Shown here: positions 38,084 to 47,613 of the stretch, one piece after another
Numbering within the stretch: position 1 is the stretch's first letter
Layout of the letters: each line of letters starts with the position of its first letter
Made by a program: the position numbers and the translations under genes
The notes under the pieces: model-generated
Told to the model about the DNA's origin: nothing
The model's input: only the letters and a program-made list of their open reading frames with translations
The model's database searches: none
From: a virus
Lineage: Duplodnaviria; Caudoviricetes
Length of the DNA: 64,000 nt
Direction: 5' to 3' (one strand)
IMG/VR virus record: IMGVR_UViG_3300031555_002371
Location: 64,001 to 128,000 of that record

Positions 38084-38139
38084 TTAATTTACATCGAAAG
38101 CTAAATCTAAACAACCACAAAGAAAAGGAGAATTTGAAA

Positions 38140-38652
38140 ATGGGATGCGCTAATTTTAGAAGAATGGAATTTGATATGCCGATGATTTGCGGTAGAACCT
38201 ACGGTCAGATGGCAGAAGAATATGAAAGAGAATTTGATGAGGAATTCAGCGACGAGCTTTATTACATCTATCAAAGCGAAGAATTTGACGATGCTGCGGA
38301 GCTTGCGGAAGAATTCACCAAAGGCTTGGCATTCCATGATGTTAGCGTAATTTCCGGTCATTATGACGGTTTTCAATTCTATGTTGAGGAAAGATACGGA
38401 AATACATTCGACCTTGATAAATCGTCGAGATATTGCATTGACAATGAGGATGCACATTATTATTTCGATATGTTCAGAAGCCAGGCGTTGAGAAAAGCCG
38501 ATGCGGAAAAGAACAAAATCCGCAAATGGTTGATGAGTCTTGAGGCAAGGGGGTATAACGTTGTGGTTTGTACAGGTAGATTTAGCAACGGAGAAGCAAC
38601 CTATTCAATCGCAACACCCAGAGCGCAAATGATAGCGGCAGCGAGATCATAA
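38140..38652 (+). CDS. Hypothetical protein
   Basis: RBS AAGGAG; GRFSNGEATY C-terminal motif. Confidence 0.7.
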   Translation: MGCANFRRMEFDMPMICGRTYGQMAEEYEREFDEEFSDELYYIYQSEEFDDAAELAEEFTKGLAFHDVSVISGHYDGFQFYVEERYGNTFDLDKSSRYCIDNEDAHYYFDMFRSQALRKADAEKNKIRKWLMSLEARGYNVVVCTGRFSNGEATYSIATPRAQMIAAARS

Positions 38653-38662
38653 GGAGGAAGTC

Positions 38663-38977
38663 ATGGAAATCAAAATCACCAAAAGACAAAACATCTTTGA
38701 ACAGCATAATGACAAGGTATCGAATTATTGCTATCTTGTGTATGGAAAGATTATCAACGACGAGAAAACCAAATACAAGAAATTCAGATTTGTAGTACAT
38801 TTTGATGGATACGATTTATACGAAGAAGGATGCAAAACCAAAGCGGACATGATGGATTATCTTGATATGCTCATCGATGGCTTTATTTCTTCAATTGAGA
38901 GCTACGATAATTGCGAAGCGTTTTATGAGGCTTGCCGGGAATCAATCAGAAGCTACAACGATAAATTTGCGGCATAA
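38663..38977 (+). CDS. Hypothetical protein
   Basis: RBS AGGAGG. Confidence 0.7.
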   Translation: MEIKITKRQNIFEQHNDKVSNYCYLVYGKIINDEKTKYKKFRFVVHFDGYDLYEEGCKTKADMMDYLDMLIDGFISSIESYDNCEAFYEACRESIRSYNDKFAA

Positions 38978-38987
38978 GGAGAACGAC

Positions 38988-39164
38988 ATGGCACGATATA
39001 GAAAAACATTCAAATTTTGCGAAACTGAAGATGAGGCAAAACGGTTTTGCGAATCGGAAAATAAAAACCGATATATCCGAAAACATCATCCAGCGCATTA
39101 CACGCTATGGAATAGTCAGGATGGCAAAGAACACAAATTTATTGCATGGTACGTTACAAAGTGA
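38988..39164 (+). CDS. Small hypothetical protein
   Basis: RBS AAGGAG. Confidence 0.6.
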   Translation: MARYRKTFKFCETEDEAKRFCESENKNRYIRKHHPAHYTLWNSQDGKEHKFIAWYVTK

Positions 39165-39220
39165 GGCGGAAAAGATGAAGAAAACAACCTATGAATTAGG
39201 AAAGAAAAACGGAGAAAAGC

Positions 39221-39577
39221 ATGAAAAATTTTGAATTATGGTTTGGCTGCCTGGGCAATGGCACAACGGTATGCAATAAAGCGGTAGAGGAAAACGGCGA
39301 TTATAAGGTGATTGCCCATATCTCAAACGCTGGAAACATCCGATGGAGAGTAAAAGAATCATATGTTCCTGCGGAAGATATGAAACGTATCAAAGAAATG
39401 GCGGCGAGAGATAAAACAAACTTCCAAAGGGAATTTGAAAAATTCCCGATGAGAACACAATATGCAAGAATCATCGATGCCGTACCGTTTGACAAATTCA
39501 TGGAGTTTGTAGACGATAAGAGACCGCTTGAGGAAAAGTTGCAGACTATGCGCGGATACTATTACACCATAGCATAA
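39221..39577 (+). CDS. Hypothetical protein
   Basis: RBS GGAG; GCLGNGTTVCN..GDYKVIAHIS. Confidence 0.7.
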   Translation: MKNFELWFGCLGNGTTVCNKAVEENGDYKVIAHISNAGNIRWRVKESYVPAEDMKRIKEMAARDKTNFQREFEKFPMRTQYARIIDAVPFDKFMEFVDDKRPLEEKLQTMRGYYYTIA

Positions 39578-39589
39578 AGGTAACGATAT

Positions 39590-40111
39590 ATGAAAAATAG
39601 AGTGATAAACTATAAGGGATATATTATTAGCACAGAAGAGGGAGAAGAGAAGGGAATCTTTTTTAGAAATCCTTTGCAGAATGTATCCTTTGATGCGTAT
39701 TATGACGAGCCGATTTTGTCCGCTTGGAAATATCTAAATGATATTAAGAATCCCATTAGAAGATTATATGAAATTCTAATTGGTAATGGAAATATCGTAA
39801 AGAATATTAAGAGTTGGTCGGAAGATATGGATTGGGGCGGTTTTAATGGGAATATCTTATGTTTCCCTATCTATTTCAAGAGAGAATACAGAAAACTAAC
39901 AGCTCATTGTTGTGCAAGTGGCAATATTGCCAAAATCGAATCTTATGGATATGAAAGCGAATTTAATTCTTGTAGTGGTGATTGCCATATAGAAAAAACT
40001 GTAATTCATTTGAGCAATGGTAAATCTATTAGAATTAAAAGAAAAGAACAGTATCATTTTACCTATGAACATATCGTGAAGGAAATTATTGATACTGACA
40101 TTAAAGAGTGA
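39590..40111 (+). CDS. Hypothetical protein
   Basis: 173 aa, RBS AAGG. Confidence 0.65.
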   Translation: MKNRVINYKGYIISTEEGEEKGIFFRNPLQNVSFDAYYDEPILSAWKYLNDIKNPIRRLYEILIGNGNIVKNIKSWSEDMDWGGFNGNILCFPIYFKREYRKLTAHCCASGNIAKIESYGYESEFNSCSGDCHIEKTVIHLSNGKSIRIKRKEQYHFTYEHIVKEIIDTDIKE

Positions 40112-40129
40112 TTTTAGACGGAGGATATT

Positions 40130-40399
40130 ATGATTTACGAACAGATGGAATTTTCTAAAATTAAAGAGCTTAAGGTTGGAGATAACATTTATATCGGAAT
40201 CATAAATGCCCATAACAAAATGAATTTTATTAAAGCAATAGTAACACGTCCTTTGTATTGGAATAGTGATGCAGACGAGCCGGACTGGGAAGTTGAAACG
40301 AATAATGGATTTGTAGATATTTATAGTATTTTTCAGATCAATGCTTTGAAAAATGTATTTTTGGCAGATTTAATGATGGAACAGAGGGAGCAGATGTAG
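40130..40399 (+). CDS. Hypothetical protein
   Basis: RBS GGAGG. Confidence 0.65.
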   Translation: MIYEQMEFSKIKELKVGDNIYIGIINAHNKMNFIKAIVTRPLYWNSDADEPDWEVETNNGFVDIYSIFQINALKNVFLADLMMEQREQM

Positions 40400-40401
40400 C
40401 A

Positions 40402-40770
40402 ATGGAAAATATCAAGTATATTAACAAGATCGTAGAGTATATCGCAAAGCCGGTCAATTTAAAGCCGATTGGAAATTGCATTTATATTGTACTTGCAAAC
40501 GGAAATAGAATCAAGAGTTATTGCGAACATGATGGAGTAATGCTTGAAGTTATCAATTTCAAAGAAGGAAAAGTTGACAGCGCATTTCTTCCTTTTTGCA
40601 ATTACTTCCAGGCGGTAAGATGTAGCGCAAATGCGCCTCTGTGGTATCAGAGTATCGATAGAGATGGATTGTGGCGTTTTGAAAAAATGTATACACACGT
40701 TCTTCCCAAAGATAGCGATTATGAAAGTTTGGCGGATGCTATCACCGATTATATCGAGCTGTTTTCATAA
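40402..40770 (+). CDS. Hypothetical protein
   Basis: 122 aa in operon. Confidence 0.65.
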   Translation: MENIKYINKIVEYIAKPVNLKPIGNCIYIVLANGNRIKSYCEHDGVMLEVINFKEGKVDSAFLPFCNYFQAVRCSANAPLWYQSIDRDGLWRFEKMYTHVLPKDSDYESLADAITDYIELFS

Positions 40771-40952
40771 TGACACGTAAAGAATTAAAGCGAAAAATTC
40801 AATCTCATAGATACTCATGGACTCATGGAGAGATGGAGCATAGAGATAGAATAGAAAAAGAACTTGAATCAGAAAATTATCATCACTTGTTGCTTTTGAT
40901 AAGAAACCATAATTACTCGGCAGCATTTGATTGGATAGAGAAAGGAATCTAA
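40770..40952 (+). CDS. Small hypothetical protein
   Basis: TAATG coupling. Confidence 0.55.
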   Translation: MTRKELKRKIQSHRYSWTHGEMEHRDRIEKELESENYHHLLLLIRNHNYSAAFDWIEKGI

Positions 40953-40953
40953 T

Positions 40954-41234
40954 ATGTCATATCTGGATGAGGTTAAAAAGGCGTAAATCCGCATGGTGTT
41001 GCATATGCGGATATGACAAAGGGCAAACACGTTGTTGTTGATATCCCGATAAAACACGGCGAGGATGTTGTCGAGGTAGAAGGCACTATTTCAAGTGAGT
41101 TATGGTATGATAAACCTTGCCACTCGGTCAATAGTAGAATCGACTTGACAAAGCAAAATACAAAGCAGGATATCATTTCGTTTAGTCGTGGTTTATATGC
41201 GGTATATGCGGAACGTATCAAGCGGATATATTAA
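40954..41234 (+). pseudogene. Gene with a -1 frameshift (pseudogene or programmed frameshift)
   Basis: RBS+ATG 40954 reads MSYLDEVKK(A*); -1 frame continues GVNPHGVAYADMTKGK into ORF 41013-41234. Confidence 0.5.
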
Positions 41235-41278
41235 CGATAATAAAAACGGCATTTCATTATCAAAGCAAGGAGTTAAAA

Positions 41279-41410
41279 ATGAAGTTGACAAAATTTTCAT
41301 TCAAGTTTAAGGGCGGAGTTATTTCCGTTATGGCATTCAACAAATCAGAAGGCAAGATATTAGCGCAAGCGGAAGCGATTAAGAGAGGATGGGATTATGA
41401 GCTACTTTGA
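41279..41410 (+). CDS. Small hypothetical protein (43 aa)
   Basis: Manually read; RBS AAGGAG. Confidence 0.5.
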   Translation: MKLTKFSFKFKGGVISVMAFNKSEGKILAQAEAIKRGWDYELL

Positions 41411-41451
41411 AGTTGCAGGCTTTACGGAGCATATCGAGGAGGTAAAATAAT

Positions 41452-41610
41452 ATGACCAAAACCGGATGGTGGGTAGTTGATTTTGATATCACCCTGGACG
41501 GTAAAACCGTTAGGTTTGAAGATTTAGATGAGTGTTCCCAGGAACATATTTTGGAAAGAATCAAAGAAGGATATAAACAAGGTGAAATTGTTGAAGAAAC
41601 CAACGATTAA
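41452..41610 (+). CDS. Small hypothetical protein (52 aa)
   Basis: Manually read; RBS GGAGG. Confidence 0.55.
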   Translation: MTKTGWWVVDFDITLDGKTVRFEDLDECSQEHILERIKEGYKQGEIVEETND

Positions 41611-41626
41611 CAAAAGGGAGATAGCG

Positions 41627-42163
41627 ATGAGTTATTCAATTATTTTTGAAACAAAGATTGTAAAACTTTCCGATGGGAGAATTATTCATTTTGATTTGAG
41701 CGGATGTAATAACGATAATTCCGGGCGAGATCGCCATGAATTCCATGCAAAGATTTATACCGTTGAGGACTTCATCAAATATGCGGAGCATTTCAAAGAG
41801 AATTCAAAGCCGCATAAAGAGTCTAATGGATTTGATTTGAAGATTGGCAGCCGATATGCAACGATGTATGATTATGGCGAGCATCTTTTGAGAATGTTGA
41901 AGCGAGCAGAAACATATGCGGATTTTCTCTCTAAACGCTATTCGTCGGCGGAGTATTGCATCGGTATTGAGTTGTACAAACCGGAGCGTAAAACCATGAC
42001 ACTTGAAGAATTTGACAAAGTGTTTTATAAATTGCTTTATGGTGAGGGCGGTTTGTCTTATTCAAGAGTTATGGAGTATCCCGATATGCGTAATGAGGCG
42101 GAGATTGTAAGGCTCATTGAGGATAAAAAGCCGATTCAATTCTATATCGGTAAAGTAAGATAA
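41627..42163 (+). CDS. Hypothetical protein
   Basis: RBS GGGAG before ATG 41627. Confidence 0.7.
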   Translation: MSYSIIFETKIVKLSDGRIIHFDLSGCNNDNSGRDRHEFHAKIYTVEDFIKYAEHFKENSKPHKESNGFDLKIGSRYATMYDYGEHLLRMLKRAETYADFLSKRYSSAEYCIGIELYKPERKTMTLEEFDKVFYKLLYGEGGLSYSRVMEYPDMRNEAEIVRLIEDKKPIQFYIGKVR

Positions 42164-42168
42164 AGCAC

Positions 42169-42197
42169 TTGAAAAATTCACAATTCTATGATATAAT
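42169..42197 (+). promoter_or_regulatory. sigmaA promoter
   Basis: TTGAAA-17-TATAAT with TG. Confidence 0.7.
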
Positions 42198-42262
42198 ATT
42201 ATAGAGTACATATAGGCTAAAATAAAGCCGTTTGAGAGCGTTTCACAAGGAGAGATATATAA

Positions 42263-42436
42263 ATGCCCATTCTGATTATTCTCGGCATATGCACCGTTTA
42301 CGCCGTTTATGGAGTATATAACAAGCTAACCACATCAAACACGGTTCACGACAAAGAGACACGTGACAAAATCGGCAGAGAAATGACCGGTAAATCTCCT
42401 TCAGAATGTAGGAAGATTTTAAAGAAGTATAGATAA
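42263..42436 (+). CDS. Small membrane-anchored protein (57 aa)
   Basis: RBS AAGGAG; MPILIILGICTVYAVYGVY hydrophobic N-terminus. Confidence 0.6.
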   Translation: MPILIILGICTVYAVYGVYNKLTTSNTVHDKETRDKIGREMTGKSPSECRKILKKYR

Positions 42437-42445
42437 GGAACGACA

Positions 42446-42643
42446 ATGATGGATAACAAGCCAAATAGAAAAACGCATACAAGCAGCGTGGTAAAGCGCA
42501 AATACAACGATAAAACATATGAGACGGTCAGAGCCATGCTTCCCATTGATTTGGTACAGCAATTCAAAGCAAAATGCGAGAGGGAAGGTAAATCCCAGGC
42601 AAGTATCATCAAAGCCGCCATCGAAGCATATTTACAGTCATAA
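42446..42643 (+). CDS. Ribbon-helix-helix DNA-binding protein
   Basis: KYNDKTYETVRAML..FKAKCEREGKSQASIIKAAIEAY. Confidence 0.75.
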   Translation: MMDNKPNRKTHTSSVVKRKYNDKTYETVRAMLPIDLVQQFKAKCEREGKSQASIIKAAIEAYLQS

Positions 42644-42704
42644 AGTTGGTTAGCCTATGCTAACTGACTTTTTTGAAATTTTTCAACTTTTTTCAAAAAA
42701 CCTC

Positions 42705-42733
42705 TTGACATACTCGGCGGAGTATGATATAAT
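42705..42733 (+). promoter_or_regulatory. sigmaA promoter with CATACTC-N4-GAGTATG operator
   Basis: TTGACA-17-TATAAT. Confidence 0.85.
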
Positions 42734-42772
42734 ATAGGTGTAAGATAAATAAACACAAAAGGAGAACCCATC

Positions 42773-43045
42773 ATGAGCAAAACAATGTTTGAGTATTTAA
42801 AAGAGAGAACCTTTGATGGATTAAATATCAAATCCGTAAAGGAAACCAACACGAAGTACACCATCGTCTTTGAGTTTGAGGGAGATGAGGCAAAGGCTGA
42901 TTTGCCCAAATCCTGCGCACCTGGCTGCCACTATGATGTATGCGACAATTCCATCATTACGGCAATGTCAACCATCTATTTCAATAGAGGCGATTTTAAG
43001 AACGCCAAAATGTGGCTTGACAAAATCACCGATAAGAAAGACTAA
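42773..43045 (+). CDS. Hypothetical protein
   Basis: RBS AAGGAG. Confidence 0.7.
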   Translation: MSKTMFEYLKERTFDGLNIKSVKETNTKYTIVFEFEGDEAKADLPKSCAPGCHYDVCDNSIITAMSTIYFNRGDFKNAKMWLDKITDKKD

Positions 43046-43064
43046 TAGGAGGATGGCAAAAAAA

Positions 43065-43247
43065 ATGATTACGATAAGAGATTTATTGAATAACGTTGAA
43101 CTTCAATCTACGGCAAAATACTTCTACTATGACTATGATAAAGAGCAAAGAATTGAGTTGACCGAGGAAGAAGCAAGAGATTATGACATTAAGTACATCT
43201 ATGAAGAAGATGGCATTATTTGTTTTGAAGTTGATAAGGAGAGCTAA
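43065..43247 (+). CDS. Small hypothetical protein
   Basis: RBS AGGAGG. Confidence 0.6.
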   Translation: MITIRDLLNNVELQSTAKYFYYDYDKEQRIELTEEEARDYDIKYIYEEDGIICFEVDKES

Positions 43248-43249
43248 AA

Positions 43250-43666
43250 ATGAAAGTATATAGTTATAGATTGAGCCACAAGAACACAGATAGAATAATT
43301 GTCGTACAAGGTCATAGCATGGAAGAAGCCTGTTTGAATTTCGGCGCAAACGTAAATCATTATGATTTTCTATCCAAAGAGTTTGTAAAAGATGATGGCA
43401 AAACCAGTCTTGAAGAAGCGATTGGATACGCCGGAGCAAAAGCGATTGTAGATGGTTTTGAGCGTAGCGGCGATTGGAATAGAGACCATATTCGACTTTC
43501 GAATAAACTTCAAAAGTATTACTATGATGATGTTGGAATCTATAATCGGAACATTGAAGAAGCTATTGAGGTTATGGTACACCTGGCGATTGCAAAACGA
43601 TATCCCGACAATGATTTTATTGTTGACCATAATAATATGATGTATGAGATTGATAGCTCGCTTTAA
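43250..43666 (+). CDS. Hypothetical protein
   Basis: RBS AAGGAG. Confidence 0.7.
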   Translation: MKVYSYRLSHKNTDRIIVVQGHSMEEACLNFGANVNHYDFLSKEFVKDDGKTSLEEAIGYAGAKAIVDGFERSGDWNRDHIRLSNKLQKYYYDDVGIYNRNIEEAIEVMVHLAIAKRYPDNDFIVDHNNMMYEIDSSL

Positions 43667-43760
43667 AATGTTTGTCAACCAACAAATAATTTATTTGCAA
43701 AAATCAAACGATAGGCAAATAAATTTTTTCAAAAAACCATAAATAAATCTGAAAAACCAC

Positions 43761-43811
43761 TTGACAAAACAAGAAAAGTATGCTATAATATATACAGTAA
43801 ATGAGTTACAA
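43761..43811 (+). promoter_or_regulatory. sigmaA promoter with AGTAAATGAGTTACAA box
   Basis: TTGACA-17-TATAAT, box at 43796. Confidence 0.85.
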
Positions 43812-43885
43812 CAATAACCGATGTTCCGCATCGTTTATTTAAAATCTTGGAAACTAAATCTGAACAACCACAAAGGAGGATGAAC

Positions 43886-44173
43886 ATGGTAGATAATTAT
43901 GGTAGATGGACGTATGAGCAAAACACACCCGAAGAAAAGAAATGTGATTGTGACCGCATTGCAGATTGGATTTGCAAAAAGGGATATACGCCGAAAACCT
44001 CTATTGAACATCTGGTACACATGATTATTCTTATGTTCGATTGCTGCGACAATTACGGAGAGTATGACGAAGAATCGGGATGTGGCGGTTATGGTGATGA
44101 ATTCACTATTGAGGGATGCAAACGGTATGTTGAAGATTCCGGCGGATTTAAAGAATTTGATTATGAGGCATAA
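43886..44173 (+). CDS. Hypothetical protein
   Basis: RBS AGGAGG. Confidence 0.65.
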   Translation: MVDNYGRWTYEQNTPEEKKCDCDRIADWICKKGYTPKTSIEHLVHMIILMFDCCDNYGEYDEESGCGGYGDEFTIEGCKRYVEDSGGFKEFDYEA

Positions 44174-44188
44174 ATGGAGGAAGCAACG

Positions 44189-44599
44189 ATGATTAAGATT
44201 TTAGAGTTGAAGAATTACACGATTCCGTATTGTGGGAATAAAAGGATTCAGCCTTATGGCGATTTAGTTGTTACCGATGGAACACATAAAAAGACCGCAA
44301 AGATTATGGATGATGGCATAAAGCAATATATCACATTTAACCGAAAGAGATATTACGTCCGCAATGCCGGCAAGCTGTACAGCCCGAAATATGTTATTGT
44401 GGGTAGTATGGAAGATGCGATTGCATGGTTAAAAGAAGCCAATTTTAAAATCGAAATTCAGAGCGACAATGCGGTAAAGGTATATTACAAAGATTGCACC
44501 GGCGAGTTTACACAGATTACCCCATGTGATGAGTCGAGAGATGGATATTACATGATTGAGGGTAGAGTACAAAATCTTATGGATTGGATAAGGAGATAA
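44189..44599 (+). CDS. Hypothetical protein
   Basis: RBS GGAGG. Confidence 0.7.
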   Translation: MIKILELKNYTIPYCGNKRIQPYGDLVVTDGTHKKTAKIMDDGIKQYITFNRKRYYVRNAGKLYSPKYVIVGSMEDAIAWLKEANFKIEIQSDNAVKVYYKDCTGEFTQITPCDESRDGYYMIEGRVQNLMDWIRR

Positions 44600-44603
44600 G
44601 GAA

Positions 44604-45401
44604 ATGAAAATCAGAACATGGATTAAATATGAGGAATCTTTTCTTCCCACACCGAGATGCCGCAAGTTAAGATACCGTGAGTGCGAGGATTATGTGGAAG
44701 CCAATCTCAAAGAGGTTGACAAGGGCGAATTAAAACTTGCATTTGAAGATGATAGCTACGGCGGAGCAGGAGATATTTATTTCTACAAGGGCAAATTGTG
44801 GACGAAAGATAAAACAAATGTAAGTATTATTTCTGATTTGCAGGAGCGAGGCAAAAAGGTAAGCACCGCATTAGATTACTTGATTTATTGCCATGAAAAT
44901 TGTAGCACTTATTTCTTCTTTTCGTGGGATAGAGAACAAGGCAAGGACACATCGAGAGATGCTGTAATTAAGAAGTTGAGAGCGGATATGAGCAATTATA
45001 TCCTGGTCGATGGTGAGCTTTATAGAACCACTGCAGAGCCGAGATATTGCATTTATACTTTTGGATTAGGTCATAATCACGGCGGTACTTCACTATCGGT
45101 TGATTATCATTATAATATCAACATTAGCAAAGAGCGTTATTTCTCCGCCCTTGACGGAGAAAAGGCGGTTGAGGAAGCAAATCGAATTGCCGCAAGACGT
45201 GGAGATACAAACTATGTCGGAAAGTTTGTTGCAAGAATTACCGTTCATATGCCGGAACTTGTGAAGATTAAACCGAAGAAGCAGCAGCATGGAAACGGAA
45301 ATGAGATTATCAATTCGATGGAAAGTATCATCAATAATTCCAATAGCGCAAACGAAGCAGGATTGATGTGTATGATTGCATCGACAATGGTTGGAAGATA
45401 A
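44604..45401 (+). CDS. Hypothetical protein
   Basis: 265 aa; TFGLGHNHGGT motif. Confidence 0.75.
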   Translation: MKIRTWIKYEESFLPTPRCRKLRYRECEDYVEANLKEVDKGELKLAFEDDSYGGAGDIYFYKGKLWTKDKTNVSIISDLQERGKKVSTALDYLIYCHENCSTYFFFSWDREQGKDTSRDAVIKKLRADMSNYILVDGELYRTTAEPRYCIYTFGLGHNHGGTSLSVDYHYNINISKERYFSALDGEKAVEEANRIAARRGDTNYVGKFVARITVHMPELVKIKPKKQQHGNGNEIINSMESIINNSNSANEAGLMCMIASTMVGR

Positions 45402-45411
45402 GGAGGTAAAT

Positions 45412-45918
45412 ATGTTTGGTGGTAGCGTATGTCTTGTTAAAGATAACGGAGATTGCGAATATCTCTATGAGTATATAAACGATATCAACGATGCGGAACT
45501 TCTCGCACAGTTGGCAATGGAAAATAGATATCGAGAAGGGTTGATAATTATTTTTCCTGGTCATAACCGAGGCATCCGAAGCAAGGGCGGAGAGGAATAT
45601 GAAAGAGCTTTGAACCTTGCAAAGAAATATAAAGCAGAGGTAAAGAAGATGGGAACTTTGAAAAAGAATAGTTTGGAAAATGCGAGAAGATGGCTAATCA
45701 AAAACATCGAGGAAAACACGAACCGATTTGATTTTCAGATTCTCAAAGAAACCGAGAACGACGGCTGCTATTATTTTGATTGCAAATACAAATGGTCGTT
45801 GAACGGCTGGGTAAAAAATGTTCATTCGGAAATCATTGTTATTTATCATGAGCAAACCGGGCAGTTTGTAAGCCCTGAACTTATTGCGACTTATCCACCT
45901 TCAAAAGCAACTAAATAA
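45412..45918 (+). CDS. Hypothetical protein
   Basis: RBS AGGAGG. Confidence 0.65.
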   Translation: MFGGSVCLVKDNGDCEYLYEYINDINDAELLAQLAMENRYREGLIIIFPGHNRGIRSKGGEEYERALNLAKKYKAEVKKMGTLKKNSLENARRWLIKNIEENTNRFDFQILKETENDGCYYFDCKYKWSLNGWVKNVHSEIIVIYHEQTGQFVSPELIATYPPSKATK

Positions 45919-45975
45919 GGTTGCAAATCAAAAAAGCAATCAAATAAAGTTGCGAAAAGAGGTTGTGAGGTTGTA

Positions 45976-46281
45976 ATGTTAAAAGAATTTAGAAAATACG
46001 ATAGAGATAGCATCCGTAAGGCAATAATTCCAGTCCGGAAAATCAACGAAATTCTTTCCGACAATGATATTCCAATCAAGATACTTTATAAGTATGAGGA
46101 CAAAAGCAATTTTTGCAAGTTGTCTATTGAAAATAACAGCCACACCACTTTAGTATCTTCGGTAGTTGTCGGAAATCTTTTAGGAATTACCATTGAAGAT
46201 TGGTATTGGGTGAACAACGGATATGATATTTGCATTGAATATCAAGTTAAAAAGGAGATAAAAAATGGCAAGAAGAATTGA
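45976..46281 (+). CDS. Hypothetical protein
   Basis: RBS GAGG. Confidence 0.65.
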   Translation: MLKEFRKYDRDSIRKAIIPVRKINEILSDNDIPIKILYKYEDKSNFCKLSIENNSHTTLVSSVVVGNLLGITIEDWYWVNNGYDICIEYQVKKEIKNGKKN

Positions 46282-46513
46282 AGGAACTATTTACAGATTG
46301 ACCTATGCCGCCACTTGGCACGATTATGTTGAGTGTAGCAGCAAGGAAGATTTGTTCAAGTATGTTGCACAAGAAGTTGTCAATGGTCAGATTGTTACCT
46401 CTGTCAATGAAATGTGTAAGGATGGCAGTACACCGAAAGTCAGAGTCCACACCGACAAGGAGTTCAATCGGATTTTGAAACAGTATCAGAACCCGCCGGA
46501 AGTCCGAATGTAA
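46265..46513 (+). CDS. Hypothetical protein (frame continues past TAA to 46738)
   Basis: RBS AAGGAG. Confidence 0.6.
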   Translation: MARRIEGTIYRLTYAATWHDYVECSSKEDLFKYVAQEVVNGQIVTSVNEMCKDGSTPKVRVHTDKEFNRILKQYQNPPEVRM

Positions 46514-46694
46514 GAGAGTTACTGGACGAATAGCGACGGCTGTCACTACTATCTCTCACCGATTGACGAAAAGGATTTTTCTGTCGGTCAGTTTAGTGTT
46601 GATGCTCGTTCTTTGACACAGGCACGAAAAGAAGCAAAGGTTTGGATTAAGGAAAAATCCAGCGAATACAAAATCATTATTGCGGGGGTTAATT

Positions 46695-46919
46695 ATGGCA
46701 AGGGTTTTAACGACACTGCTCAAAGCAAAAGGATATAACAAGGTCGAAGTCTTTCAGGAGAAAACAAAGGTAAGAGGAAATGGAAATTTCTCTTTGCCCA
46801 ATGTCCTTAAAGAGTTCAAAACACCGGAAGAAGCAAAGGCGTATATTGAGGGCATCGTGTGGGCGGCAAATTACTACGGCATCGACGTTTCCCACTATAT
46901 GAAGGATGTGGATTTGTAG
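46695..46919 (+). CDS. Hypothetical protein
   Basis: GGGGG RBS before ATG. Confidence 0.55.
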   Translation: MARVLTTLLKAKGYNKVEVFQEKTKVRGNGNFSLPNVLKEFKTPEEAKAYIEGIVWAANYYGIDVSHYMKDVDL

Positions 46920-47003
46920 TATGCGAAAAGTAGTATTTACCATTTACCGACAAGGAATTTCAGAAGATTTTGAAAGAGAGAAAAGAAAGGAAAAATATTA
47001 AAA

Positions 47004-47603
47004 ATGAAAATAGTATATAACGGCAAAGAATACGATATTACATCGGAGCAGGAACATAGCATAAATAAAATATTGGGAGTGGATAAACTTCCTTTTAAGG
47101 TAAAAGATTTTGACATATTTACAATAGCGGATATTGAATTTATCAAATTCCCTTCGGAAAATGGGAAAACGCCTGTATTGGCTAAAAACATTCTTTTCGA
47201 TAGCGAATTTGGAGAAACAAACAATCTGTCTGAAGCAACCGAACTTCTTGACAGGTTAAACAATGAGATTCTTTTAAAGATGGAAAATAGTATCGGAAAA
47301 GAAAACATTCTTGAATTTGAAACAGACTTAACTGCATTAGATGGAATGAAAGATTATGGAAAATTCAAGTCAAAAATTAGCTTGCCGACATTAGACTTTA
47401 TCCGTCGTAATGCGGAAATTTTGGATAAGTATAATCCTGGTGCGCGGTATTATACTGCCACACCTTTCAGCACTCCTAAACGCGATTATTCTCGTTGCGT
47501 TTGCTGTGTCAACTCCGGCGGTATTCTGGATTGGCGTGGCTGTGGCTATCGCGGCGGTATTCGTCCGTTTTGTATCTTGAATTCTTCCATCTTTGAATCT
47601 TGA
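47004..47603 (+). CDS. DUF6273-like protein, probable DGR target (CLec-like C-terminus)
   Basis: DLTALDGMKDYG..KISLPT..TATP..VCCV..GGIRPFCIL; adenine-poor C-terminal segment. Confidence 0.6.
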   Translation: MKIVYNGKEYDITSEQEHSINKILGVDKLPFKVKDFDIFTIADIEFIKFPSENGKTPVLAKNILFDSEFGETNNLSEATELLDRLNNEILLKMENSIGKENILEFETDLTALDGMKDYGKFKSKISLPTLDFIRRNAEILDKYNPGARYYTATPFSTPKRDYSRCVCCVNSGGILDWRGCGYRGGIRPFCILNSSIFES

Positions 47604-47613
47604 GGAAAATAAA

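Noticed and set aside
3969-46513. Genome-wide TAA recoding suggested by internal TAA codons at 3969, ~21860 and 46511
   Set aside because: TAA terminates most intact genes and no suppressor tRNA is present
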